64,000 nt of DNA from Octopus sinensis (lineage: Eukaryota), in the NCBI RefSeq assembly GCF_006345805.1, contig NC_043006.1, positions 99,572,001 to 99,636,000 on the forward strand, written 5' to 3'. Each line of letters opens with the position of its first letter. Positions within the stretch are counted from its first letter, which is position 1. A program made the position numbers and the translations under genes. Below are positions 53,497 through 64,000 of the stretch, piece by piece. Under the pieces are notes generated by a model. That model made no database searches. It was not told where the DNA came from and worked only from the letters and a program-made list of their open reading frames with translations.

Positions 53497-53536
53497 CTCA
53501 ATCCTTTGAATCATGTTTTTATTTTGATTAATATAT

Positions 53537-53590
<54 letters not shown>

Positions 53591-53607
53591 ATATATATAT
53601 ATATATA

Positions 53608-53694
<87 letters not shown>

Positions 53695-54869
53695 ATGTAT
53701 ATATGTGTGTGTGCGAGTGTGTGTGTGTGTATCATAAATGCGAAAGGGAATATCAGTGAGTCAGCGCGTCACGCTTTTTCAACTTGATTCCTCACTCTTC
53801 AATGACGCTATTCTTGTTTTTTTATGTCTTAATCCTACCATTTTGAGAAAAACATTTCTCTAAATACTATAACTTTTTTCGAAAAGTAATTTACAAAATA
53901 TACATTTTCAAAAGATCTTTCTCTAAATGTTGTAACTGTATCAAGTAATTTAACTATAACACGTGATTCATAACGTTCCGAGCTGAAATACATAGTGAAC
54001 TCACTCTCTCATACAATATTACCTCTCATAAATTTCTACCATAAAAATGTTGGAAATATTTCTTCAAATATTGGTAAAATTTGTCGGACCTATTGGTCGT
54101 CGAAGGTATGGAAACTTAGCGCACCCCGACTGCATGAAAATAGATTCGATTTATTTCCTTATTGCCTTTAAAACTAAAAAAAATTCTAAATTTCAATCAT
54201 CTTTATGTTCAAATAAGTTTAGAGCAATTGTAAACCATAAAAATCTCACTATAAAATAGGGTTTAGCGACAGTGGTGTAATTCTCCTTCAAAATACGAAC
54301 AGAAGTTTAGATCCGTACCAGCCACTACAAATAATTGCGTGCACGTAAAGTAAGGTCCTACGTACATCACATTGTTTTGAATTAAGTGGCAGCAGAAAAT
54401 TATCGTTGAACTTTTAAAAGGTAAGTTTATTGTTGCCTACGGCCAGCTATGTGTTAGTTGTTCAAGGGTAGGGAATGAAAACAAGCTATTTGTACTGAAC
54501 TCTGAATAGGAAGACAAAAATGTTGTTTATCATGCAGCTTTGCAATAAGGTCCAAGTCGAAAAATTATATTATTGTTTTGATGAAAAGTGTTCATCGCTT
54601 GAAAAATATTGTTCAGTTTAACAAAATGTAATATGTACTCAATGTATGAAGTGTCATTGTTTGGCCCAAGGCCGAATGAAGAGACCTCCACAGGAACTAG
54701 ATTAAAAGCCGCCGATAGTATATATATGTATGTATATATCTCGTATATATATATTTTATTAATCTGCCTCCGCAACTGGTAATTAGCGCCACTAGTGATG
54801 GTATTTTGATAGTATTATCGCTCTCATATATTTATGTATATATATGCATGTATGCAATTGTGCGCCTAA

Positions 54870-55056
54870 GTGTCTCTTTCTGTGTTGTGCCCCGACACCA
54901 TCGCTTGATAACCTATGTTGATGTGTTTACGTCTCAAAAGAGACCGATACAATAAGTACTAGGCTTACAAAGAATACGTCCTGGAGTCGGTTTGTTCTAC
55001 TAAAAGCTGTGCTCCAGCATGGTCGCTGTGAAATGACTGCAACATTTAAAAGAATA
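54870..55056 (+). mobile_element. SINE family A 3' half, degenerate
   Basis: aaaagagaccgatacaataagtactaggcttacaaagaat...gtgctccagcatgg...aaatgactg. Confidence 0.65.
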
Positions 55057-55077
55057 ATAATAATGATAATAAGAATA

Positions 55078-55110
<33 letters not shown>

Positions 55111-55240
55111 ATAATAATAACAACAATAATAATAATAATAATAATAAAATAATAATAATAACAATAATAATAATAATATTAATGATAATAATAGTATTAA
55201 TAATAATAATAATATTAATAATAATACTAATAATAATAAT

Positions 55241-55588
55241 AAAGACTAAAACAATATATGTCGTCATAGGTGCCCTGGGAATGATAGCAAAAGGGGCTGA
55301 TTGCTACCTAACTCAGATACCAGGAAACCCCAAAATGGCAGAAATTCAAAAGATAGTGCTCATGGGAACGGCTCATATCCTACGCAAAATACTTTCTATG
55401 TAATCCCAAGGCTTAAAACAAACATAATTTTTTTTAGACATCCACTAGTACAACACCAAGAAAAAACAACCAAATATATGGCACACTAAGCATAACAATA
55501 ACATGAACTTCCAACCTGTTGTCTCTTGAGGTCTCTGGGTGAGACTTGGAGCCAACTTGTACAAATATAGAGCAAAAGTCAAACATAG
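55241..55588 (+). mobile_element. 5'-truncated R4/Dong-like copy, (TAA)n on both sides
   Basis: KTKTIYVVIGALGMIAKG...IQKIVLMGTAHILRKILSM*, homologous to the C-terminus of the long element, but with a different 3' UTR. Confidence 0.85.
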
Positions 55589-55610
55589 AATAATAATGAT
55601 AATAATAATG

Positions 55611-55662
<52 letters not shown>

Positions 55663-55676
55663 TGATGATGATGATA

Positions 55677-55760
<84 letters not shown>

Positions 55761-55761
<1 letters not shown>

Positions 55762-56065
55762 CGGGGACGTTTAAGGGAGAACACCGGGGACGTTTAAGGG
55801 AGAACACCGGGGACGTTTAAGGAGAACACAGGGGACGTTTAAGGGAGAACACCGGGGACGTTTAAGGGAGAACACCGGGGACGTTTAAGGGAGAACACCG
55901 GGGACGTTTAAGGAGAACACCGGGGACGTTTAAGGGAGAACACCGGGGACGTTTAAGAGGAGAACAGGAGAACACCGGGGACGTTTAAGGAGAACACCGG
56001 GTACGTTTAAGAGGAGAACAGGAGAACACCGGGGACGTTTAAGAGAGAACACCGGGGACGTTTAA
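55761..56065 (+). repeat. Tandem array of ~13 units of 22-32 bp (ccggggacgtttaagggagaaca) forming the element's 5' end
   Basis: Counted directly. Core ccggggacgtttaa, with variants carrying an extra ggagaaca. Confidence 0.9.
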
Positions 56066-57768
56066 TATGTAAGAAGGAAAATTCAGAGCTCCGAAATCTA
56101 TCCACAAACATCGAAAACAAGGACATCCTATGGAGCCAAAGTTTTACTAACAAAGAATTGGACTGTACCCGAGTAAGTAATACTAATTGAAATTTATTAC
56201 TATTTTCGAAACGAAATGATGTATTTTGACTCGATATCATCTCCGCCTCTAACGCAACACATGTAAACATGCGTGGAACATCACGATCATCTCCGACCCC
56301 AAACACCATGTACAAAGGAACTACGAAGAAATTAAATGCCACCGATACTATTCAACCCAAGAATAACAATCGAGCGGTACGTACATTAAACTTACAACAA
56401 AAAATGTACGAAAAACTACACGTGCGAAATAATGTGACAACAGAAATAAACAGACCGGTACCCTACGAAAATGACGACCGTCAAAATAATGGGCCGGACG
56501 TTGTACCTCATGTCCCGCAATTAAAACCCAAAAGACGTAAATGGACACGTGAGGAATACATTTCTAACTTACACGCATACTTCACAGCAGTACTCTACCC
56601 AAAAAATGAAAATACAACAACACATACATATAAAATATGGAAGGAAAATAATAGAGATATAGACTTGGATACAGCAATGAACCCTAATAAATTAGCTAAC
56701 GTACGAAGATACATTCTCAACACAAAAAAATATCAGAAATAGAAATAGAACACCTAAAAGAAAACATACACCAGGAAAATGTAGATAGAAGCCACACAAC
56801 AATGCCCAATAATATAAACACTGAAACTGTAAAACACGAAGACAAACGCAACATTCCCAACAAACACGATGTAAACAACGAAGGGGAGCCTAATGATTAT
56901 GATAATATAAAAAATAAAATAATCAAAGAACTGAAAACCACAGAGCTCAAAATGGAACAACCGACCATACCTCCCAAGAATCAAAATAAACAAAATAACA
57001 ACACCTATTATAAACAGCATAAACCTAGCCGTCACTGAACTGATAGCCACTAATAAAAAAAAAGTGATATCACTGAGGGAAATAACCTAATATACGCAGC
57101 AGCCACTGCAGCCACAAAAGAAGCTGGATACTCACCCAAACCCGCCCAAACAGGAGTACCACCACCCAAACAAACCCTGTGGATAATTAACATCCACAGC
57201 AAAATAAAAAAATATTAGAAAAGACCTGTCGATTCTTAATGAAATCAGCAAACAATCAACGCTACTGAGCAACAAAAAGAGAACAAAAATAATCCGCAAA
57301 TATAACATCACAGAGAAAGATTTGCCTGAAATAAAAGAAAAGCTGAAGCAAGATATCCTTGCCAAAGCACAAAGGGTCCGCCGGTACAAGAGACGCTAAC
57401 GCTTCTTTGAAGAAAACAAAAAGTTCAACTCTAACCCCAAAAAGTTCTACCAAGAACTGGGAAAAAATAAAATAGAAGTCACTGCAGCACCAACGGCAGA
57501 AGAATTGGAAGAACTCTGGGGAGAAATATGGTCGGCGAACGAACCACCAAAAAAAAAGGAGTATCAGAATAACAAACTCGGCATCTGAACAACTTTGGAC
57601 CCCCATAACAACTGAAGAGGTCACCCAGGCACTGCAAAGACTAAGCAACTGGAAGGCACCTGGGCATGACAAGATCCCCAACTTCTGGTTGAAATATCTA
57701 ACAGAAATGCACAAAAAGCTGGCTGAAAACTTTAACAAAGTACTAGCAGAGCCAGAGACAATGCCTGA

Positions 57769-58611
57769 ATGGCTCACGAAGGGGAAACCATCTTAATTCC
57801 CAAATCAAATGAAACAGAAAAACCAGAAAACTACAGACCAATAACCTGCCTCCCTACTACGTTCAAGGCATTTACTGCAGTGATATCACAAAGGCTGAAC
57901 AAGCACCTGGACGAAAACAAACTGTTCCCAGAAGAGCAGAAAGGATGCCGCAAATGCTCATATGGCTGTAAATATCAACTAATGATTAATAAAGCCATAA
58001 CTGAAGACAGCCACAGAAAGAAGAAAGGCCTCAGTATGGCCTGGATTGACTACAAAAAGGCGTTTGATAGCATCCCCCACACACGGATCCTCGAAACACT
58101 AGCCATTAACAAAGTAGCACCAACAATCATAAAATTCATAGAGCACTCTATGAATAAATGGCAAACAGTCATACACCTCCAAACAAAAGAGGGACTCATG
58201 AAAACCAAAGACATCCCCATTAGAAGAGGAATATTCCAGGGAGACACGCTCTCTCCAATCCTTTTCTGCTTGGCACTGTCACCTCTATCTGATATGCTAA
58301 ATAGAACTGGATGCGGATATAAATGTTACGGCGAAACGATCAGCCACCTTTTATATATGGATGACCTAAAGCTATACGCTGCAAATGACAAACAGCTGGA
58401 AACACTATTAAAGACAGTTCATGGATTTACCAAAGAAATAGATATGAAATTTGGATTAGAAAAATGCGCCAAAGTAACCCTGAAAAGAGGAAAACTAGTT
58501 AAGAGTAACAACATCACACTAGATAAAACCAATGAAATAAAAGAACTAGACCAAAGCCAAACTTACAAATACTTAGGAATCCATGAACTAGATAAGACAC
58601 AACACACATAA
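57769..58611 (+). pseudogene. Reverse transcriptase domain of the R4/Dong-like element
   Basis: YRPITCL, EEQKGC, DYKKAFDSIPH, GIFQGDTLSP, HLLYMDDLKLY, FGLEKC, YKYLG. Confidence 0.95.
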
Positions 58612-58796
58612 ATGAAAGAGAAAATAAAAAAGAATATTATAGACGAGTTAGATCAATACTAAACACAGAGCTCTATGCTAAAAACAAGATAATAGGTATC
58701 AACACTTTAGCTGTCCCAGTTATAAGTTACAGCTACAATATCCTTAACTGGACTCGAAATGAACTGACCGAAATAGATAGGAAAACAAGAAAAATA

Positions 58797-59849
58797 ATGA
58801 CAGGATCTAGGATGCATCACCCAAAATCTGACATAGAAAGACTATATATACAACGTATAGAAGGTGGTAGAGGCCTTATACAGCTGGAAAACTACTATAA
58901 ATTAACCACCATAGGACTGCAAAAATATCTACTTCAGAAGGAAGGAAAACTGATCCAGATAGCGGCAAAACACGAGCAAAACAAAAAACTGTTCTCAGTA
59001 TTTAAGGAAGCTGACAAATACAAACAAGAAATCATACCACCTAATAAACATGAAGAAGAAGAAGAAGATGAAGAAACAACAAAAGCTATAAAACAAATGA
59101 AATCCAAACTAAAAATAGAACAGCAACGAACCATGATAAAACGATGGCAAGAAAAGCCCCTTCATGGTAAATACTGCACTAAACTAAACGCAAAAGAAAT
59201 AGACAAAGAAAAATCCCAGCAATGGTTGAGAAGCTCAGGACTCAAAGCAGAAACAGAGGGATTTTTAATTGCAGCACAAGACCAAAGCCTCCCCACCAGA
59301 AATTACCAAAAACATGTAATGAAAAGAAATATTACAAGTAACTGCAGAATATGTGGAGATGGACAAGAAACAATAAATCATATTATCTCTAGCTGCCCAG
59401 TCTTGGCTAAGAAGGAATATATTCACATACATGACAGAGTTGGAACCTACATACATTGGAAGCTATTCCAACATTATGGAATAACAACAGAAAAAAGATG
59501 GTATAGGCACACACCAGAAAAGGTCACAGAAAATGAGAAAGCAACCATACTCTGGGATATGCCGATACACACAGATAGAGAAATTAAGGCCAACAGACCA
59601 GATATAGTTGTCAGAGATCATGAAGAAAAAACATGCTTTCTAATTGATGTATCAATACCGGCTGATGACAACGTGTCTCTAAAAGAAATGGAGAAACTCT
59701 CAAAATACAAAGACCTGGAAATAGAGGAAACTAGAATGTGGAATCTGAAAACAGAAACAATTCCTATCATAGTAGGTGCATTAGGCATGATAAAAAAAAT
59801 ATTCAGACAAATACATAACAAAAATACCAGGACTTACAAACACATATAA
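58797..59849 (+). pseudogene. C-terminal CCHC and restriction-like endonuclease domain
   Basis: CRICGDGQETINHIISSC, HDRV, ILWD, NRPDIVV..CFLIDVSIP..EKLSKYKDL, GALG. Frameshifted just before the native end. Confidence 0.92.
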
Positions 59850-60007
59850 CATACAGAAAATTGCACTACTAGGCACTGCACACATCCTACGCAGAACACT
59901 TTCCATACAATAACCATCAGAGCATCACAACAAATCACAGCACATACCCAAGGCACACAGAGCTGTGCACGGTAGTGAAGTGAAAGCACGCTAAAAAAAT
60001 AAAACTA

Positions 60008-60077
<70 letters not shown>

Positions 60078-60425
60078 GAGCAGAAGTAGTGGGGGAGCAT
60101 CATAGCCATGTGTTGAGAGGGATTCTTTGGGGTTTGAATAATTCACCTCTGGAAACATGAGTGTTTTGTTCAACATCCTTAAACAACCCTTATTCAGGGA
60201 CCGTTTGAGCGGGATGGGTTACTTGACCTGAAGAAAATTCTAAGTGGGCCCCACCTGCAAGGTCATGCGCTGCTTATCTCGATATGAGATCACCATGTCG
60301 CGCACATATGGTTGTGATGCATGTGCCTGGTGTATCCTTATCAGACGGGTAGTCATGATGGGTATGCTGGGCTTCGTATATTTTACCCCAGTGTCACTTT
60401 GATGGCATGCATTGCTCTCTCACTC
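60078..60425 (+). mobile_element. ~350 bp non-coding repeat with (AAT)n on both sides (SINE-like or LINE 3' UTR)
   Basis: A GC-richer block bounded by (AAT)n at 60011-60077 and 60426-60445. No ORF. Confidence 0.5.
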
Positions 60426-62297
60426 AATAATAATAATAATAATAAGGAATATGAGAAGGGTAGCTAGAAGTATGATAAATTAAGTAACACTAAAGCTAAA
60501 TACCGTCATACCACGCATCTACACGGAGGACATAATACAAGCAAGGAATCTTTCCCAGAGCTCTACTTGTTGAGGAGAAATTACAACTTGAGAGAACATA
60601 TAACGTTGGAGCAAAAGAACTATTGTTGAAAGAACGCTTTGAAAGGGACATGCAGGATCTAGAAAAGAAATTGAGTAATGGTCAAGAGGAAACTGGAAAA
60701 TGGATAAAAGACCGACCGAGAACAAATTCTTGCACATCGAGTTAATTAGTGAATATTTACAGCGTTGAAGAACATCTGTAACATATGTGAAACGGCTTCA
60801 TACGAAAAATAGTTTGCAATGTTATTCAGTATGTAAAATATCTTGCGCAATCTTGCATAATGGGAATCTTTCCTTTTAGTGATTCTAGTCAATTTTGTTA
60901 GATAAATACATGGAAAAATATGTTGCTGCCGTTTATGATTTCTGTAGGTTTGGTCTCCATAATTCTTGTTTAATTTCATACAGGTAAGTTTTTCAATATC
61001 GTACCGGTATTTTGTGTTTCATTTATTAAAATTCTTTTCTCACCATTTTCAACACCTCAAGTTAATGGAATGCTGTAATTCCATTTAGTTTTTTTTTATA
61101 CATGTCTCATTCTAGATACATTATACATCTCATATTCTACCTTTATATATTTCCTAGGTCCATCGCTCTCTCACATTTTTGCCTGTGTTTCATTATATAT
61201 GTAGCTTTGTACCTGAATCTGTATTTGTAATTTTGCACCTGAATATGCATTTATTGCTTTGCACCTGCATTGCTTACTGAATAATTGCTATGATATTTCG
61301 ATAATCGTTTACCTTGTAAATTAGCATTTATAAATCCGTTGTGACGAAACGTGTATGAAATATACTCGGCTAAAACTCATGAGATACTCTCTAAGTCTGA
61401 AAGGTCTCCCGTAATTTCAACGTGTATATATGTGTGTGTGTGCGTGTGTGTGTGTATATACTTATATACATATATGCGAACACACACACAACGCTATTCA
61501 ACGTAATAAACCAAGGAAGCACTTTAGACATTATTTAGAGTTCCATCACCCACATATAAGTTTGAGATTTGGAACAGCGTTTGAGAGACAGTTGTATTAA
61601 AAGTTAGATTTTCAAAGTAATACATTATATACTATTACATCATTATAAATTGTATCTTCCACAAATCAAAAACTTCAAATTGATAAGTGTGTGTGGCGAA
61701 GCCTTTCAGTATCAGTAACCTCTGAAGTGCATTCACCTTCATACAAATATACATACAAATATAAATACCTACACATATTTCTCTTTGTGGGTGTGAAAGA
61801 GAGTATGTGTATGTGAATGGATTTACACACATTTCTTTCATAATCAAAAGCAAACAATTTCAAACTATTAATGTTTATCGAAAGTGATTCTATTTACTTC
61901 TGTGATGAATATTTCAGAATGTTAGAAACATCATATTTAATATTCATTTTTCCTGTTAGCTTTCTACATTTGTTTCGAAGGACTGTTGCCTTTAACATAA
62001 CGTCCGTTTTAAATGTACTGATTTAATGTAGGTTTATGGATATATATACTCAATAATTTTAATGAGTTATTGCTTCTCGATTATAATCATCAAACGTGCC
62101 ACATTTAATAGGTTAATGTAAGAATAACAGCAGTAATTTTAATATTGCACGTATATTTGGCATACATACATACGAATATATATGTGTGTGTGTGTGTGTG
62201 TATGTGCATGTGTGTGTGTATGTGTGTGTATGTATGTATGTATGTATGCTCTCTCCCTCTCTCTCTCTCACACACAGAAACATGCAAACATACAGCC

Positions 62298-62331
<34 letters not shown>

Positions 62332-62439
62332 AATATATAACAAATGAAAGACAAAGGATGGAGTGTACGAGAAGTTATTATTAATCACGACAGTTATTTC
62401 GACACATCTAGCATCGATTCCTCTTGGGTGGGACACTCA

Positions 62440-63625
62440 ACAGGCCATAAATAATGCGGTTTTGTAAATTCCATGAAATAAAACTCCGAGAGGGACGGCA
62501 TAAAATACCTGTATCAATTTGTTATAAAAGCAGGTAGTAATTTTACATTGTACTTATTCTTAGTGCAAGTTTTGAAGAGTGCAGTTCGATTTTAAATTAC
62601 TTTTTCAAAGCTACAAATGGAGTGAGAAAAGCGCATATTCGGCTTATTTTGCTTGATGAGTTCAATAAAGAAACAACTCAACGAAAAGAGTGAAGAATAT
62701 TAATGCAGTAAATGGGGATCAGACAATAACCGTAAACCAATGTCAACGGTGGTTCCAAAAATTCCAGGCCGGAAAATACAGCCTAGAAAACAAGACTCGT
62801 CCTCTAAGATCTGTAGAGCTCGACGAAGACGTCCTACAAAACTAGGTGGAAAAAAATCTTATCGTATCTGTTAAGACACTAGCAAAGAAGCATGGATTTC
62901 GTCATCCAACCATTCGTCGATAGCTGCGTGGCATCGAAAATGCCAGTAAATTGGGTCAATGGCTTCCTCACAAACTTTCACCCGATAATCGCGCGCAGTG
63001 AGTGAATGTGCGTCCTTCTTTGCTGTCAGGTCTCACGAACGAACGATTATTGGACCGAATAGTGGCTGATGACGAGAAATGAGTTCTCTATAAAAATGTC
63101 AATCACCCGAAACAATGGGTAGGGAGAGGAGAAACACCTGTAACCCAGGCTAATGAATGACTTTACCCACGTAAGTTGTTTGTTCGGACATGAGAGGTTT
63201 AGTCGACTTCGAATTTTTAAACCCAAACCAAACGATTACAAAGTAGATGTACAGCGAGCAGCTTGAGTCAGCGCTAGAAGAAAAACGATCGTGTTTTGTT
63301 TCAAGACTGAAGCTGTTCTTCCATCAGAATAATACTCAGCTACATACAGCGGGTATGACATTCCAAAGGCTAGTACAGTTTGAATTGGAAACGATGCCCC
63401 ATACATCATATTGTCACCGGCCATTGCCCAATTTGATTATCATTTATTCTGCAGTCCTCAAAATCATTTTCACGGCAAAAAATATGAATTCTGTTGACGA
63501 GGTCGGAACAGTATTGGAGGAGTATTCTTCATCACCTACAAGTGAATTTTGGAATAGAGCCCTTGCAAGTCTACCCGATAAATGGAAGAGAACTGTAGAA
63601 AATTAAAGAGAGTATATTTTAGATT
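62440..63625 (+). pseudogene. Near-full-length mariner transposase pseudogene
   Basis: ATG near 62618. WFQKFQAG..LE, WLPHKL (WVPHEL-like), IVADDEK*VLYKN, FHQNN (HDNA-like), PHTSY..LP..DYH-like, LPDKWKRTVEN. TIR-like aaataatgcggttttg near 62448. Multiple stops. Confidence 0.85.
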
Positions 63626-64000
63626 TAAAGGTGCTGTCATGCTGGGGTACCAACGTTATATGTATGCGCGTGTGTGTGTTTGTGTATAACAATATTAATA
63701 ATAAGAATTTCTACGAAGTTGCATAGCATTGCCTTTAATTCTTTAATTTACATTCCGTTTTATATAGACCAACACATTATATATATATATATACACTTTT
63801 GAATGTAGATTCTCTTTATTACAGATAAACAAAAGCAATTTGCAAAGCATAAATGTTGGTGAACAAATTATATATAATTATAAATTGTTCACTGCACCAT
63901 AACTCAGATTTTCCTGGTATATAGCGAATAACTAAGAAATTAGCTGCCTATAATACAATTTTACTCTTCGTTTGTTCACGAACAGTCCCTACACTATGTA

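Larger units (their letters stand above)
52918..53530. mobile_element. ~610 bp non-coding inverted-repeat element in (TA)n with an intact HHR in each arm
   Basis: Arms 52918-53096 and 53351-53530 (~180 bp) are reverse complements around a 254-bp spacer. TA tracts on both flanks. Confidence 0.85.
55761..60010 (+). mobile_element. Near-full-length R4/Dong-clade non-LTR retrotransposon (single ORF, now frameshifted) inserted in (TAA)n
   Basis: N-terminal RRKWTREEY..YF motif, RT, CCHC and PD-(D/E)xK endonuclease, colinear over ~3.6 kb. (TAA/TGA)n at 55589-55760 and (AAT)n at 60011-60077. Confidence 0.9.

Noticed and set aside
55761-56065. Tandem array as a possible CRISPR array
   Set aside because: The units are adjacent with no unique spacers, there are no cas genes, and the context is eukaryotic.
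60530-60750. ~70-codon purine-rich open frame resembling a coiled coil
   Set aside because: No start codon, no acceptor with a pyrimidine tract, and no recognisable homology.

Overview
AT-rich, repeat-dominated eukaryotic DNA. The SINE families, dense (TA)n/(CA)n/(GATA)n/(TAA)n tracts and element mix point to a cephalopod, probably Octopus; this is inferred from recognising repeats, not from a search. I found no intact host gene, rRNA, true tRNA gene or CRISPR array, and most ORFs in the supplied track are microsatellite artefacts. The window holds: (1) a near-full-length but frameshifted R4/Dong-clade non-LTR retrotransposon (RT + CCHC + restriction-like endonuclease) at 55761-60010, sitting in a (TAA)n tract and starting with a ~13-unit tandem 5' array, plus three to four diverged relatives mostly abutting (TAA)n; (2) several Penelope-like element (PLE) relics with GIY-YIG remnants; (3) four minimal type I hammerhead ribozymes (HHRs) with essentially intact cores (21330-21377, 25801-25835, 52951-53038, 53411-53496) and several decayed ones, many in short non-coding 'tails-out' inverted-repeat elements lodged in (TA)n; (4) mariner/Tc1 pseudogenes, RTE fragments, a Tx1/L1-like ORF1 relic, non-autonomous Helitrons, MITEs and three tRNA-derived SINE families; (5) two weak, phase-compatible candidate exons on the minus strand. 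The most interesting signal is the set of HHR-bearing palindromic PLE derivatives, together with apparent partitioning of microsatellite targets: TA/CA for PLE derivatives and TAA for Dong-like elements. All alignments and folds were done by eye, so many boundaries are approximate.
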